From positions 448,001-512,000 of the forward strand of contig CAVSTP010000004.1 in NCBI GenBank assembly GCA_963730935.1: DNA of 64,000 nt, read 5' to 3'. This document shows positions 17,497 to 32,968 of this stretch, piece by piece. Source of the DNA: an uncultured Nitrospiraceae bacterium (lineage in GTDB: Bacteria; Nitrospirota; Nitrospiria; Nitrospirales; Nitrospiraceae). Position 1 is the stretch's first letter, and each line of letters opens with the position of its first letter. A program made the position numbers and the translations under genes. Below the pieces are notes generated by a model. The model was not told where the DNA came from and did no database searches. It was given only the letters and a program-made list of their open reading frames with translations.

Positions 17497-20400
17497 GTGA
17501 GAATAGAACGGCGATTTACACGTTCCGGACAGAGTCCGTATGAAGGGTTGAAGTTCGTGAAACGCTCATCGGAGATACGCAACCCTGATGGATCGACCGT
17601 CTTCAAGTTGGACCAAATCGACATCCCTGAATCCTGGTCACAGCTCGCCATCGACATCCTGGCTCAAAAATATTTTCGCAAAGCGGGCGTTCCGCAGAGG
17701 GATGAGGCCGGCAATCCCCTCCTGGGATCTGACGGGAAACCGGTTTTGGGAGGAGAGCGCGACGCCAGGCAGGTGTTCGAGCGTATGGCCGGCTGCTGGA
17801 CGCATTGGGGCAAAGCTTACGGCTACTTCAAGACCATCGAGGACAGCGCGGCGTTTCACGACGAATTGTGCTACATGCTCGCCCACCAGATGGCCGCGCC
17901 GAATTCTCCGCAGTGGTTCAATACCGGCCTGCACTACGCCTACGGCTTGTCCGGTCCCGCTCAAGGTCATTTCTACGTCGATCCGAAGACACGAGAAGTG
18001 GTGAAAGCGACGAATGCGTTCGAGCATCCGCAACCGCACGCCTGCTTCATTCAATCGATCGAAGACGACCTCGTCAACGAAAACGGGATCATGGATCTTT
18101 GGGTGCGGGAAGCCCGGCTCTTCAAGTACGGGTCAGGAACGGGTACAAATTTTTCGAAACTGCGCGGCGACGGTGAGGCACTCTCCGGCGGCGGACGCTC
18201 GTCCGGACTCATGTCGTTTCTCCGCATCGGGGACCGAGCGGCCGGCGCCATCAAGTCCGGTGGCACCACCAGGCGTGCCGCCAAGATGGTCTGCCTGGAC
18301 TTGGACCATCCCGATATCGAGGAATTTATCGATTGGAAGGTGATTGAAGAGCAAAAAGTCGCGGCGATGGTGACAGGCTCGAAAATTTGCGCCCAACGAC
18401 TCAACGCCGTCCTCAAGGCCTGTCATATCGTCGATGCCGATGGCACGCTCCATGTGTCCATCGACCCCAAGCAGAATTCGATCCTCCGCGAAGCACTGAC
18501 AGCGGCCCGCCGGGACAACGTACCCGACGCCTATATTCAGCGGATGTTTTCCTATGCGCAGCAGGGTTTCACGCATTTTCTCTTCCATGAGTACGACACC
18601 AACTGGGACGGCAGAGCCTATCAAACCGTTTCGGGACAAAACTCGAACAACAGCGTGCGCATCCCCAATGAGTTTTTCGCCGCATTGGAAGCGGATGGCG
18701 ATTGGCAGCTCAAACGACGGATCGACGGGAAAATTTCCAAAACTGTCAAGGCGCGTGATCTCTGGGACCGCATCGCCTGGGCCGCGTGGATTTGCGCCGA
18801 CCCTGGCACTCAGTACGACACCACCATCAACGAGTGGCATACCTGCCCCGAAGATGGACGTATCAACGCCTCGAACCCCTGTTCGGAATACATGTTTCTC
18901 GACGATACGGCTTGCAACCTGGCATCGCTGAATCTGGCGCAATTCTTTACGCCAGAAGGTCAGTTCGAACTTGAGCACTTCCGCCACGCGGTCCGGATCT
19001 GGACGGTCGTGTTGGAGATCAGCGTGCTCATGGCGTCGTTCCCGAGTCGCTCGATCGCCGAAAAGAGCTATCAGTTCCGCACCCTCGGCCTGGGGTACGC
19101 TAACCTCGGCACCGTCTTGATGCGACAGGGCATCCCTTACGATTCAGAGAAGGCTCTCGCCATTTGCGGGGCGCTCACCTCCATCATGACCGGTGAGGCC
19201 TACAGCGCGTCGGCGGAGATGGCGGCTGAACTCTGGCCGTTCCCCGGGTATGCGAAGAACCGCGACGCCATGTTGCGCGTGATTCGCAATCACCGCCGCG
19301 CCGCCTATACTGCGCCGACGGAGGAATTCGAGGGGCTCACGATCACACCGGCGGGTATTCAACCCGAACATTGTCCTCCGGATCTCTTGATCGCCGCGAG
19401 ACGGGCATGGGATCGGGCCCTGGAACTCGGAACCGCTTACGGATACCGCAATGCTCAGGTCACCGTGATCGCGCCGACCGGTACGATCGGTCTCGTCATG
19501 GATTGCGATACGACGGGTATCGAACCGGACTTCGCTCTAGTCAAGTTCAAGAAGCTGGCCGGCGGAGGCTACTTCAAGATCATCAATCAAAGTCTGCCGC
19601 CCGCGCTCGAAACTCTGGGCTATACCTCCTCACAAGTGCAGGATATCGTCAACTATTGTGTGGGCCGCCAGACCTTGCAGAGCGCGCCCTTCATCAATCA
19701 CGAGACGCTGAAACAAAAGGGGTTTGACGATGCAGCGCTGGCCCGAATGGAAAGCGGGTTGTCGCAGGCGTTCGAAATCCAGTTTGCCTTCAATAAGTAT
19801 GTGCTCGGGGAAGAGTTCTGTCGCGCCAAACTCGGGCTCACCGACGTTCAGCTGACTGAGGCCAATTTCAACATGTTGAAGGCGCTCGGCTTCACGCAAG
19901 AGGAGATTGGCGCCGCCAACGATTACTGCTGCGGCACCATGACCGTAGAAGGCGCGCCGCACCTCAAAGCCGAACATCTGCCTGTATTCGACTGTGCCAA
20001 TCGGTGCGGTCGCATCGGCCAACGCTATATTGCCGTCGATGCCCATATTCGTATGATGGCGGCCGCTCAGCCCTTCATCAGTGGAGCCATCAGTAAGACC
20101 ATCAACATGCCGGCGGACGCCACTCTGGAAGACGTCAAATCGGCCTATCTCTTCGCATGGAAGAGCATGGTGAAAGCCGTAGCACTCTACCGCGACGGCT
20201 CAAAGCTGAGTCAGCCGCTATCCGCGTCCACTGACAGTGGAAAGACCGTCGAGGCATCCACCGAAGTCTTGAACATTGCCGAGAAGATCACCGAACGGGT
20301 GCTGGTGCGCTACCTAGCCAAGCGGCGTCCGCTACCAGCCAGGCGAAACGGGTACACGCAAAAGGCGGTCATCGGAGGGCATAAACTCTATCTCAGAACC

Positions 20401-21042
20401 GGTGAGTACGATGACGGGACGGTCGGCGAGATCTTTCTGGACATGCACAAGGAAGGAGCCGCCTTCCGGAGCCTCATGAACTGCTTTGCAATCGCCATTT
20501 CGCTGGGCCTCCAGCACGGCGTCCCCCTCGAGGAGTTCGTCGAGGCCTTCGTCTTTACACGCTTCGAGCCCAATGGCCCGGTCAAATTGAACGACCGCAT
20601 TAAGATGTCCACGTCGATCATCGACTACATCTTCCGGGAGTTGGCGGTGACGTACTTGGATCGGTACGATCTGGCACAAGTCAAGGAAGAGGATTTGCGG
20701 ATGGACTCCGTCAAAAAGGACGCGCCGGATCCCGAGTGCTCCGAGGAGGAAGCGGACCCGCAGACTCTCGCCTCTTCCTCGATCAGCACGGAGCTGTTTC
20801 CCTCCAGAAGGGGCATGCAACCGAGACATGGAGGCAACGGTCACGGAAACGGCAATGGCAGCGTGACGCACAAGGTTGAGCTCAAGCGGGAAACGTTGAC
20901 GTACACAGCCGAGGCCGTGAAGTACGCGCGCCTTCAAGGCTATGAAGGGGATCCTTGCCAGGGCTGCAACGAGTTCAAGCTCGTCAGAAACGGCACCTGT
21001 TTGAAATGCATGGGCTGCGGCGCCACTAGCGGATGCTCATAG
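17497..21042 (+). CDS. nrdJ: Class II (vitamin B12-dependent) ribonucleotide reductase
   Basis: [50 protein letters not shown]-terminal Cys-rich zinc ribbon; SD GGAGG. Confidence 0.95.
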   Translation: MRIERRFTRSGQSPYEGLKFVKRSSEIRNPDGSTVFKLDQIDIPESWSQLAIDILAQKYFRKAGVPQRDEAGNPLLGSDGKPVLGGERDARQVFERMAGCWTHWGKAYGYFKTIEDSAAFHDELCYMLAHQMAAPNSPQWFNTGLHYAYGLSGPAQGHFYVDPKTREVVKATNAFEHPQPHACFIQSIEDDLVNENGIMDLWVREARLFKYGSGTGTNFSKLRGDGEALSGGGRSSGLMSFLRIGDRAAGAIKSGGTTRRAAKMVCLDLDHPDIEEFIDWKVIEEQKVAAMVTGSKICAQRLNAVLKACHIVDADGTLHVSIDPKQNSILREALTAARRDNVPDAYIQRMFSYAQQGFTHFLFHEYDTNWDGRAYQTVSGQNSNNSVRIPNEFFAALEADGDWQLKRRIDGKISKTVKARDLWDRIAWAAWICADPGTQYDTTINEWHTCPEDGRINASNPCSEYMFLDDTACNLASLNLAQFFTPEGQFELEHFRHAVRIWTVVLEISVLMASFPSRSIAEKSYQFRTLGLGYANLGTVLMRQGIPYDSEKALAICGALTSIMTGEAYSASAEMAAELWPFPGYAKNRDAMLRVIRNHRRAAYTAPTEEFEGLTITPAGIQPEHCPPDLLIAARRAWDRALELGTAYGYRNAQVTVIAPTGTIGLVMDCDTTGIEPDFALVKFKKLAGGGYFKIINQSLPPALETLGYTSSQVQDIVNYCVGRQTLQSAPFINHETLKQKGFDDAALARMESGLSQAFEIQFAFNKYVLGEEFCRAKLGLTDVQLTEANFNMLKALGFTQEEIGAANDYCCGTMTVEGAPHLKAEHLPVFDCANRCGRIGQRYIAVDAHIRMMAAAQPFISGAISKTINMPADATLEDVKSAYLFAWKSMVKAVALYRDGSKLSQPLSASTDSGKTVEASTEVLNIAEKITERVLVRYLAKRRPLPARRNGYTQKAVIGGHKLYLRTGEYDDGTVGEIFLDMHKEGAAFRSLMNCFAIAISLGLQHGVPLEEFVEAFVFTRFEPNGPVKLNDRIKMSTSIIDYIFRELAVTYLDRYDLAQVKEEDLRMDSVKKDAPDPECSEEEADPQTLASSSISTELFPSRRGMQPRHGGNGHGNGNGSVTHKVELKRETLTYTAEAVKYARLQGYEGDPCQGCNEFKLVRNGTCLKCMGCGATSGCS

Positions 21043-21054
21043 GGGGGTGCGGCC

Positions 21055-21462
21055 ATGAGCCCGACCCTTCGGGAACACGGCATCGAAACGGTCCACGACC
21101 AGGTCGTGAGCCTGGTCGCTCAACGCTGGGCCAAGGTGTTTGTCTGCAAGGTCACGATCAAAACCGGCCTTGATCAGAATGCTTGGGCGGATCCCAACCA
21201 GGTTTGCGACATCGTGGGGTGGTACGTGAGCTCCGGCGGCAATACGATGGAATGGATGGCGGAAGTCGAAACTAAGGACTCCCTGGGGGATCCCCTGGTG
21301 GTCGACAAATGGAAAAGGACGATCACTCGCGGTATTCCCTTCTATCTGCTCGTGCCACGTGGCCTGAAAGAAGTAGCGTTCAAGTTGATCCAGGAGCAGG
21401 CGCTCACCGTCAGCTGCGTCTATGAATTCACCTTTATCAATGGGGTATGTCACATACTTTGA
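21055..21462 (+). CDS. Hypothetical protein with probable PD-(D/E)XK nuclease-like fold
   Basis: 12 nt after nrdJ; CDIV...MAEVET...KW...FYLLVP pattern. Confidence 0.55.
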   Translation: MSPTLREHGIETVHDQVVSLVAQRWAKVFVCKVTIKTGLDQNAWADPNQVCDIVGWYVSSGGNTMEWMAEVETKDSLGDPLVVDKWKRTITRGIPFYLLVPRGLKEVAFKLIQEQALTVSCVYEFTFINGVCHIL

Positions 21463-21556
21463 GGGCAGAGAACCAGCGCGCCTGAACAGGCCCTCATGCT
21501 TGCGGTTCACCCGCGGGAAGTGATAGGAGTACGGGCGCTCGTATAGAGGCTTTCGC

Positions 21557-21967
21557 ATGCCAACCACCACGCAACTGGTCATCAGCAGTCAGAGCCGTCC
21601 CGGCGTAATGGCGCAAGTCGCTTCCGTCCTGGGAGAGGCAGGCGTCAACATCAAGGCCTTTTCCGCTCCAGAGGTCACCGGCACGGGCAAACTCAGACTT
21701 TTGGTTGCCGATCTTGAGGGGGCTCGTACCGCCTTGCGGATGGCCAAGATCAAGTTCGCCGAAGAAACCGCGCTCATTTTGAGCTTGGAAAACAAACCGG
21801 GAGCCCTGAACGAAGTCGCCGACCTGTTGACGAAGGCGCGCATCAACATCAAGTGCGGTTATTGCACTCCTTCACGGGAAGGCAAACGCGCGATTGTCGT
21901 TCTCACCGTTGCGAATATCGAAAAGGCTCTTTCTATACTTCGGGATCAATCGCTCGACGAGTTCTAG
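21557..21967 (+). CDS. Tandem ACT-domain protein
   Basis: SRPGVMAQVASVLGEAGVNI and ENKPGALNEVADLLTKARINI. Confidence 0.88.
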   Translation: MPTTTQLVISSQSRPGVMAQVASVLGEAGVNIKAFSAPEVTGTGKLRLLVADLEGARTALRMAKIKFAEETALILSLENKPGALNEVADLLTKARINIKCGYCTPSREGKRAIVVLTVANIEKALSILRDQSLDEF

Positions 21968-22045
21968 TCGAGGTGCTGATGTCTCACTGCATCCGCTAGG
22001 AGTTGACCGCTCTTCGGATATGTGCGACCCGATAGGCCTGAGCGA

Positions 22046-22723
22046 ATGAGCATGCCCGGCGGTCGTGTGCCTGCCTTGGCTTTCTTCCCCGCATTCCTTC
22101 TCATTGTCAGCTTCGTCGCAGGATGCAACAGTGCTGTCCCAAAACCCGTCTACTTTCCCGGATACCCCGTGGGCTATATCGAGCGCGGGATGGCATCCTG
22201 GTATGGACCAGGATTTCATGGCAACAAAACAGCCAACGGGGAACGGTACGATATGCACAAGCTGACGGCCGCCCATCGGACGCTCCCGCTCGGATCCATC
22301 GCGGTGGTTCGATCGGCCACCACCGGCAAAGAGGTCACCGTGCGCATCAACGACCGCGGTCCTTTCGCCAAGGGGCGTGTTCTCGACCTCTCGTATGCGG
22401 GTGCTCAGACGCTCGGCATGGTGGGGCATGGAACTGATCAGATCGAACTTCGTGTGATCGGATTTCAGGGCAGAACCGCAGAAGTGGGGTCCCTGCGGGT
22501 GCAAATTGGATCCTTCGTTGAACATCAAAATGCTGCGACACTCCTGCAGCGGGCCCAACGGATCTACACTGGAGGAAGGATTCAGGCGGTGGACCTTCCG
22601 GATGGAAGGCGATACCGCGTTCAAATAGGGGAGTTCAAGACCGAAGCTCAAGCCGAGTCGGTCGCCAGGAGGCTGGAGGAGGATTTGGCCGTACAGTCCT
22701 TTGTTTTTCGGGACGATAGCTGA
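22046..22723 (+). CDS. rlpA: Septal ring lytic transglycosylase RlpA with SPOR domain
   Basis: Lipobox VAGC; GMASWYG, TANGE, TAAHRTLP, RINDRGPF, DLS; C-terminal VQIGSF SPOR domain. Confidence 0.92.
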   Translation: MSMPGGRVPALAFFPAFLLIVSFVAGCNSAVPKPVYFPGYPVGYIERGMASWYGPGFHGNKTANGERYDMHKLTAAHRTLPLGSIAVVRSATTGKEVTVRINDRGPFAKGRVLDLSYAGAQTLGMVGHGTDQIELRVIGFQGRTAEVGSLRVQIGSFVEHQNAATLLQRAQRIYTGGRIQAVDLPDGRRYRVQIGEFKTEAQAESVARRLEEDLAVQSFVFRDDS

Positions 22724-22956
22724 GTCCTGAAATATAAGCCAATGATTTTACGGTGACTTTTGCTGAAGTGCTTGCCCCTCCTTCAGGCCTATGATACATG
22801 TACACCTCATGAAAACTGTACCCCCCCATGGCGCCTTCCGCATCGACCTTGGCCTTTCCCCCATGTGCCTCTCCTGTCCAATCGCCGGAAGTAGCCCTCT
22901 GTTGTCCTGTGTCCGGACGACCGTGCGCGTGACCCGTCCCTAAGCCCGGAACCTCT

Positions 22957-26405
<3,449 letters not shown>

Positions 26406-26494
26406 ATCCAATCCAATTGAGAGGCTTGCGAGCACTGCGGCACTCTGATCGCGGAACGTACGGGCACGCATCCGCGTGCGATGAGGAGGAAGAC

Positions 26495-27136
26495 ATGAAG
26501 GGGGAAGCGCGTGTAAGAAGATCCCTGCTGAGACCGGCCGGAAGGATCATCGTGCTGATTTGTGGAGGCCTAGTGTTCAGCGGTTGTGTACTGTCGGAAA
26601 AATATGAGGCGGAAAAGGCGCGGAGCCTTAATTTTCAACGTCTTCTCGCCCAGGAAGAAAAGCGGACGGGCGAACTGGACAATGAAGTCAAACGGACCAA
26701 GCGGGAGTTGACCGAATACGAAACACGCAACCGCGAACTCACCGCTCAGGTGCAGGCCGTGCGCGAGCAACTGGCGCGCGCGCAGGAAGAGAGTGAGGCG
26801 ATCAAAGAGGCGGCGCTCCTCGAACGCAAGGCGAAGGCGGACATGAAGCGCTCGGCGCCTCCCATCCCCAAAACTCCACCACCGGAATCCACGCCGAGCA
26901 TGAGCGAGCTATTGGGAACGACACCGGGGTCTCAGCCCGACGCATCGTCCCCTCCGGCTGATCTACAAATGGATGCCAAGGTCGGACCGAATATCCACGT
27001 GGTGAAACCGGGGGAAACCCTCTATCGCATCAGCCGGCGTTATGGCGTGAAAGTCGACACCTTGCGCAAGTGGAACAAGCTTCCAGACGATATCATCGAA
27101 GTTGGACAAAAATTAATCGTGAGTCAGGAGCCATAG
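26495..27136 (+). CDS. Coiled-coil lipoprotein with C-terminal LysM domain
   Basis: SD GAGGAGG; lipobox FSGC; HVVKPGETLYRISRRYGV...WNKL...IEVGQKL. Confidence 0.85.
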   Translation: MKGEARVRRSLLRPAGRIIVLICGGLVFSGCVLSEKYEAEKARSLNFQRLLAQEEKRTGELDNEVKRTKRELTEYETRNRELTAQVQAVREQLARAQEESEAIKEAALLERKAKADMKRSAPPIPKTPPPESTPSMSELLGTTPGSQPDASSPPADLQMDAKVGPNIHVVKPGETLYRISRRYGVKVDTLRKWNKLPDDIIEVGQKLIVSQEP

Positions 27137-27144
27137 GCGAAACC

Positions 27145-28641
27145 GTGCCTTCTCCGACCTATTCACTCAGCCTCGAGGAATTCCGCCGGTACGCCCGGGA
27201 GGGGAATCTCATCCCTCTCTACCGCGAAATTCTTGCGGACTACGACACGCCGGTGTCGGCCTTCGCGAAAATTGATCACGGCCCGACCGCGTATCTGCTG
27301 GAAAGCATCGAAGGGGGAGAGAAGTGGGCGCGTTATTCCTTCCTGGGGAGCGGCTCTCCAGTCGTCATCTATGAGGACCATGGGGACCTCGTTCAACTCC
27401 GGGGGAAACGGAAGAGGCGCATTGCGAGCCGCGGTAAGCCGCTCGACCGACTCCAGGAGATCATGGCCGCCTATCGCCCCGTCGTCGTTCCTGACCTTCC
27501 TCGATTTGTCGGAGGCGCTGTCGGCTATCTCAGCTATGATATCATCAGGACGTTCGAAGAGTTGCCTGGGCGCCAGAAGGAGCACATCAGCCTCCCGGAT
27601 TTTGCCTTTCTTCTCACCGATACCTTGGTGATCTTCGACAACGTCTCGCAGAAGATCAAAGTCGTTGCCAATGCTCACGTCACGTCTACCCGGGACCGCG
27701 ATGTGAAGCGGGCGTATCGTGCGGCGACGGACCAAATTGAACGGATGATCGCGCGCCTCAAGCGCCCGCTCCGTAGAACTCGGCCTCACCGGCGACGCCG
27801 GCCGATCACGTTCACGTCAAACATGAGCAAGGCCGACTTTGAAAAGATGGTGGTGCGCACGAAGGAATACATCCGGGCCGGCGATGTCGTCCAGACCGTG
27901 CTCTCCCAGCGATGGGAAACAAACGTTCAGGCACCGCCGTTGCAGTTGTACAGGGCGCTTCGCGTCGTGAATCCCTCTCCCTACATGTATTATCTGCGCG
28001 TGGCAGGCGTAGAACTGGTCGGCTCATCTCCCGAAACGTTGGTTCGCTGCGAGGACGGCGTGATCACGGTTCGGCCGATCGCGGGCACGCGCCGTCGTGG
28101 ACAGAGCGCCGAAGAGGACCTGCAACTGGAACGCCGCCTCCTGGCGGACGACAAGGAGCGCGCCGAGCACGTCATGTTGGTGGATCTGGGTCGCAACGAC
28201 GTTGGACGCGTCGCCCATTCCGGCTCGGTCACCGTCGACTCGTTGATGCACGTCGAACGCTACTCCCATGTGATGCACATCGTCTCGAACGTGACCGGAC
28301 GCCTCGATCCGAGCAAAACCTCCTACGACGTCTTGCGCGCCTGCTTTCCTGCCGGAACCGTTTCGGGAGCACCGAAAATCCGGGCTATGGAGATTATCGA
28401 TGAATTGGAGCCGACACGCCGGGGCCCCTACGCCGGGGCCGTCGGCTATTTCAGTTTTTCCGGTAACATGGACATGTGCATCAACATCCGCACGGTTGTA
28501 ATCAAGAAACACCAGGCGTTTATTCAGGCCGGCGCCGGCATCGTAGCGGATTCGAATCCCGAGCATGAATACGAAGAAACCTGCAATAAGGCGCGCGCCA
28601 TGATGAAAGCGCTCGAACTGGCAGAGCAGGGGTTGGAATAA
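27145..28641 (+). CDS. trpE: Anthranilate synthase component I
   Basis: [52 protein letters not shown]. Confidence 0.95.
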   Translation: MPSPTYSLSLEEFRRYAREGNLIPLYREILADYDTPVSAFAKIDHGPTAYLLESIEGGEKWARYSFLGSGSPVVIYEDHGDLVQLRGKRKRRIASRGKPLDRLQEIMAAYRPVVVPDLPRFVGGAVGYLSYDIIRTFEELPGRQKEHISLPDFAFLLTDTLVIFDNVSQKIKVVANAHVTSTRDRDVKRAYRAATDQIERMIARLKRPLRRTRPHRRRRPITFTSNMSKADFEKMVVRTKEYIRAGDVVQTVLSQRWETNVQAPPLQLYRALRVVNPSPYMYYLRVAGVELVGSSPETLVRCEDGVITVRPIAGTRRRGQSAEEDLQLERRLLADDKERAEHVMLVDLGRNDVGRVAHSGSVTVDSLMHVERYSHVMHIVSNVTGRLDPSKTSYDVLRACFPAGTVSGAPKIRAMEIIDELEPTRRGPYAGAVGYFSFSGNMDMCINIRTVVIKKHQAFIQAGAGIVADSNPEHEYEETCNKARAMMKALELAEQGLE

Positions 28642-28655
28642 CGGCAGAAACCGCC

Positions 28656-29219
28656 ATGCTGTTGATGATCGATAATTACGATTCATTCACCTACAACCTC
28701 GTCCAGTACTTCGGGGAGCTGGGTGAAGATGTCCGTGTCTACCGGAACAACAAGATTTCTGTGCAGCAGATCGAGGTGCTGAAACCCAACCGTATCGTCG
28801 TCTCGCCGGGACCTTGCACCCCCAATGAAGCTGGTGTCTCGGTCGAGGTGATTAAGCATTTTTCCGGACGCTTGCCTGTACTCGGCGTCTGTCTCGGCCA
28901 TCAGTCCCTGGCGGTGGCGTTCGGGGGCCAAGTCGTGAGGGCCGAGCGCCTGATGCATGGCAAGACGTCCCGCATCCAGCACGACGGACGGACGATTTTC
29001 CGGGAGCTGCCGAATCCCTTCGATGCGACCAGGTATCATTCGCTGATTGTCGAGCGGGCAAGCCTCCCGTCCTGCTTCGAGGTATCCGCCGAAACAGCCG
29101 AAGGCGAAATCATGGGCATGCGCCATACCTCCCTCGGCGTGGAAGGCGTGCAATTCCATCCGGAATCGATCCTGACCTCGGCAGGGAAGGATCTCCTCCG
29201 CAATTTCCTCAAGATGTGA
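28656..29219 (+). CDS. trpG: Anthranilate synthase component II (glutamine amidotransferase)
   Basis: [28 protein letters not shown]. Confidence 0.93.
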   Translation: MLLMIDNYDSFTYNLVQYFGELGEDVRVYRNNKISVQQIEVLKPNRIVVSPGPCTPNEAGVSVEVIKHFSGRLPVLGVCLGHQSLAVAFGGQVVRAERLMHGKTSRIQHDGRTIFRELPNPFDATRYHSLIVERASLPSCFEVSAETAEGEIMGMRHTSLGVEGVQFHPESILTSAGKDLLRNFLKM

Positions 29220-29227
29220 CCCCTCTC

Positions 29228-30256
29228 ATGGCTACGATCAGAGACGCCATCGCCAAATTAGCCGACCGGCTCACGTTGACGGAAAAGGAAGCGGAAGAGG
29301 TCATGCGCGAAATCATGGAGGGTGCGGCGACGCCGGCCCAAATCGCCGCATATCTGATGGGACTTCGCCTCAAGGGGGAGACCGTCGAGGAACTGGCAGG
29401 GTCGGTTCGCGCGATGCGCGCTCACGCCGTTCGGATCACCGTCGGCGCGTCACTGGTCGTGGACACCTGCGGCACGGGAGGCGACGGCCGTCATACATTC
29501 AATATTTCGACGACGACCGCCTTCGTCGTGGCCGGCGCTGGATTGACCGTCGCAAAACACGGCAACCGGTCGGTCTCGTCCAAATCAGGGAGCGCCGACG
29601 TGCTGTCGGAATTAGGCGTGAACATCAACTTGCCGCCCGACCACGTTTCGGACTGCGTCAACGACGTGGGCATCGGATTTCTGTTTGCGCCCCTCTATCA
29701 CGGTGCCATGAAACACTGTGCAGGGCCACGGCAGGACATGGGTGTCCGTACGATGCTCAACCTGTTGGGGCCGCTGACGAACCCTGCGGGAGCGACTGTG
29801 CAGGTCTTGGGCGTCTACGAGCCGCGCCTGACGGAGCTGCTGGGCAAGGTGCTCATGCACCTCGGCTCACAACATTGCTTTGTCGTCCATGGCATGGACG
29901 GGCTGGACGAGATCACCCTCACAGACCGTACAATCGTCTCGGAAGCGAAGGGCGGAGTCTTGTCCAACTACGTGCTGACGCCCCAGGAATTCGGCCTCGC
30001 ACACGTCTCTCCCAAGGAGCTGGCCGGGGGGTTGCCGGCGGATAACGCCAATATCACCCGAGAAATCCTCCAAGGACGGAAAGGACCCAAACGCGACGTG
30101 GTCTGCCTCAACGCGGCGCCGGCCCTCGTCGCCGGCCGGAAGGCCAAGACCCTTCAGGAGGGCTTTCGCCTCGCCGGCCAGATCATCGACTCCGGAGCCG
30201 CGGCTGAAAAGCTGTCTCGACTGGTCGCCTATACCAACAAGGCGTCTCACGCATGA
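29228..30256 (+). CDS. trpD: Anthranilate phosphoribosyltransferase
   Basis: DTCGTGGDG, NIST, KHGNRSVSSKSGSAD, GLDE. Confidence 0.96.
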   Translation: MATIRDAIAKLADRLTLTEKEAEEVMREIMEGAATPAQIAAYLMGLRLKGETVEELAGSVRAMRAHAVRITVGASLVVDTCGTGGDGRHTFNISTTTAFVVAGAGLTVAKHGNRSVSSKSGSADVLSELGVNINLPPDHVSDCVNDVGIGFLFAPLYHGAMKHCAGPRQDMGVRTMLNLLGPLTNPAGATVQVLGVYEPRLTELLGKVLMHLGSQHCFVVHGMDGLDEITLTDRTIVSEAKGGVLSNYVLTPQEFGLAHVSPKELAGGLPADNANITREILQGRKGPKRDVVCLNAAPALVAGRKAKTLQEGFRLAGQIIDSGAAAEKLSRLVAYTNKASHA

Positions 30257-31074
30257 TCTTGTCGAGGATTCTCGAACACAAGAAGGCCGAACGACGCCAC
30301 AAGCAGAGCCGTGGCTATCTCTCCGAACTCAAGGCCCAAATCAGAGACAATTCCGGCCCTCTCGGCTTCGCCGTCGCACTCGACGCGACCAGAAGCGCCA
30401 CGAGCCCGGCGCTGATTGCCGAGGTCAAGAAAGCCTCTCCGAGCCTAGGTCTACTCCGCCCAGAATTCAACGAACGATTCGACGCGGTCGGTATGGCCAG
30501 GGCCTATCAGGAGGCGGGAGCTTCGGCAGTTTCGGTTCTAACCGACAAGGATTTTTTTCAGGGAAGTTTGGACCATCTGCGCGACATCAAGCGATCGGTT
30601 TCTCTGCCGATTCTCAACAAGGAATTCATGGTCGATGAACTGCAATTCTACGAAGCGCGCGCGTACGGCGCCGACGCCGTGCTGCTGATCGTGGCCGCGC
30701 TGGAACGGGCTCAGCTCGTCGATTTTCATGTGCTGGCCCGCGAGCTGGCACTGGACGTGCTGATTGAAACCCATCATGAACGTGAGCTGGACACGGTCCT
30801 GGAATGGATTCCCGATGCCAGGATGATTGGCATCAATAATAGGGACCTCACGACTTTCACCACCGATCTCAAGATCACCAAACGTCTGGCGCCTCGCATT
30901 CCTCCCGGCAAGCTGATCGTCAGCGAGAGCGGCATTCATACCCGCAACCACGTCGAGCAACTTTTGGACATCGGGATCCATGCCATGCTCATCGGCGAGT
31001 CGCTCATCAAGGCTGAGAATTCCCGTGCCAAGATTCAGGAACTGCGCGGGATTCCCTCAACCACCCAGGCCTAA
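30253..31074 (+). CDS. trpC: Indole-3-glycerol phosphate synthase
   Basis: IAEVKKASPS, SVLTD, GADAVLLI, GINNRDL, SESGI. Confidence 0.95.
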   Translation: MILSRILEHKKAERRHKQSRGYLSELKAQIRDNSGPLGFAVALDATRSATSPALIAEVKKASPSLGLLRPEFNERFDAVGMARAYQEAGASAVSVLTDKDFFQGSLDHLRDIKRSVSLPILNKEFMVDELQFYEARAYGADAVLLIVAALERAQLVDFHVLARELALDVLIETHHERELDTVLEWIPDARMIGINNRDLTTFTTDLKITKRLAPRIPPGKLIVSESGIHTRNHVEQLLDIGIHAMLIGESLIKAENSRAKIQELRGIPSTTQA

Positions 31075-31078
31075 CGCG

Positions 31079-31720
31079 ATGCGCCGAGACATCAAAGTGA
31101 AAGTATGCGGCATCACCAATGCCAAGGACGCGTTCGCTGCGGTCGAAGCGGGCGCGGATGCTTTGGGCTTCATTTTCTACGAGAAAAGCCCTCGCTACGT
31201 CGTGCCGGCCGTCGCCGCGAGCATCATCGCTGAACTGCCCCCCTTGGTCACACCGGTCGGCGTGTTCGTGAACGAGGGCATGGCCGCCGTCCGATCCATC
31301 ATGGATACCTGCGGTCTCGCCATGGCACAGTTACATGGAGACGAGAATGTCTCATACTGCCGTGAGTTGGCCAGGCCGGCGATGAAAGCACTCCGACTCA
31401 CGGACCGTCGCAGCCTGCTCGCTTTGGCCGAGTATCAAGGACGGGGCGGCGTCCGGGGATTCGTCCTCGACACGTTTTCGGAACTGGCCTACGGGGGAAC
31501 GGGTCAGACCAACGACTGGGGTCTGGCTGCAGACGTCGCCAAGAGCACGCCTATTCTGCTCGCTGGCGGTCTTACTCCCGGTAATGTGACCGAGGCGATC
31601 CGTACCGTCCGGCCCTACGGCGTCGACGTGAGCAGCGGAGTGGAATCGGCTCCCGGCAAAAAAGACCATGCAAAAATGCGCGCGTTTATCGACGCCGTCA
31701 GGGTTGTCTCTTCTTCGTGA
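31079..31720 (+). CDS. trpF: Phosphoribosylanthranilate isomerase
   Basis: [30 protein letters not shown]. Confidence 0.95.
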   Translation: MRRDIKVKVCGITNAKDAFAAVEAGADALGFIFYEKSPRYVVPAVAASIIAELPPLVTPVGVFVNEGMAAVRSIMDTCGLAMAQLHGDENVSYCRELARPAMKALRLTDRRSLLALAEYQGRGGVRGFVLDTFSELAYGGTGQTNDWGLAADVAKSTPILLAGGLTPGNVTEAIRTVRPYGVDVSSGVESAPGKKDHAKMRAFIDAVRVVSSS

Positions 31721-31742
31721 GGCTGTTTATACTGCCCGCACC

Positions 31743-32954
31743 ATGACGAACCGGAAGCTCACCACGATTGTGCCTGACCGCCAGGGCCGCTTCGGCGTCT
31801 ATGGAGGCCGTTATGTTCCCGAGACATTGATGCCCGCGCTGCTGGAATTGGAGCGGGAATACGCTCAGGCGAAAAAAGACCGGCGCTTTCAAGTGGAGCT
31901 CTCCTATTATCTCAAGGACTATGTCGGACGTCCGACTCCTCTGTATTTTGCCAAGCGGCTCACGAACCGTCTGGGCGGTGCCAAGATCTACCTCAAGCGG
32001 GAGGACCTCTGTCACACGGGCGCCCACAAGATCAACAACGCCATTGGACAGGGTCTCCTGGCCAGACGCATGCGCAAGCCCCGCATCATCGCCGAAACCG
32101 GCGCCGGCCAACACGGCGTCGCGACAGCCACCGTCGCCGCCATGTTCGGATTGCAATGTGAAATCTATATGGGCACCGAGGACATGCAACGCCAGGCATT
32201 GAACGTGTTTCGCATGCGGCTTCTCGGGGCCACGGTCACCGGCGTGGACGCCGGCAGCCGGACGCTCAAGGACGCGATCAGCGAGGCGATGCGCGACTGG
32301 ACTACGAACATCGGGACGACTCATTACATTCTCGGATCCGTGCTTGGTGCGCATCCATATCCCATGATGATTCGGGATTTTCAATCGATCATCGGGAAGG
32401 AATCCCGCAAACAAATCCTCGCGGCTGAGGGGCGGTTGCCGGATTGCCTCATCGCCTGTGTCGGCGGCGGCAGCAACGCCATGGGACTGTTTCATGCCTT
32501 CTTGAGCGACAAGAAGGTCAAGATGGTCGGCGTCGAGGCCGGAGGACGTGGCGTGGGCAGCGGCAAGCATGCAGCCAGGTTTTCAGGCGGGTCGCCGGGC
32601 GTATTGCAAGGGACCATGACGTATCTGCTGCAGAACGAGGACGGCCAGATCAACCTGACGCACTCGGTATCCGCCGGTCTGGACTATGCCGCCGTCGGCC
32701 CCGAACACAGCTACCTCCGCGAGATCGGGAGGACCACCTACACGTCGGCGACCGACGAAGAGGCACTGGCGGCATTCGATCTCCTCGCGAGGGAAGAAGG
32801 CATCGTGCCGGCGCTCGAAAGCGCCCACGCCATTGCCCATGTGGTCAAAATGGCGCCGACGATGAAGCGGCAGCAAGTCCTCTTGGTCAATCTCTCGGGT
32901 CGGGGAGACAAAGACGTCCAGCAGGTGGCTCGCATGAGGGGAATCAGCTTGTAA
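31743..32954 (+). CDS. trpB: Tryptophan synthase beta chain
   Basis: [44 protein letters not shown]. Confidence 0.97.
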   Translation: MTNRKLTTIVPDRQGRFGVYGGRYVPETLMPALLELEREYAQAKKDRRFQVELSYYLKDYVGRPTPLYFAKRLTNRLGGAKIYLKREDLCHTGAHKINNAIGQGLLARRMRKPRIIAETGAGQHGVATATVAAMFGLQCEIYMGTEDMQRQALNVFRMRLLGATVTGVDAGSRTLKDAISEAMRDWTTNIGTTHYILGSVLGAHPYPMMIRDFQSIIGKESRKQILAAEGRLPDCLIACVGGGSNAMGLFHAFLSDKKVKMVGVEAGGRGVGSGKHAARFSGGSPGVLQGTMTYLLQNEDGQINLTHSVSAGLDYAAVGPEHSYLREIGRTTYTSATDEEALAAFDLLAREEGIVPALESAHAIAHVVKMAPTMKRQQVLLVNLSGRGDKDVQQVARMRGISL

Positions 32955-32968
32955 GCGACGGGTGCCGG

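Noticed and set aside
17497..21042. Possible intein or intron in the long nrdJ
   Set aside because: Catalytic motifs are contiguous, I saw no intein splice motifs or LAGLIDADG, and the length fits long-form NrdJ
32444..32968. Apparent 473-aa TrpA with a large N-terminal domain
   Set aside because: The extra part is an alternate frame of trpB with no protein-like features
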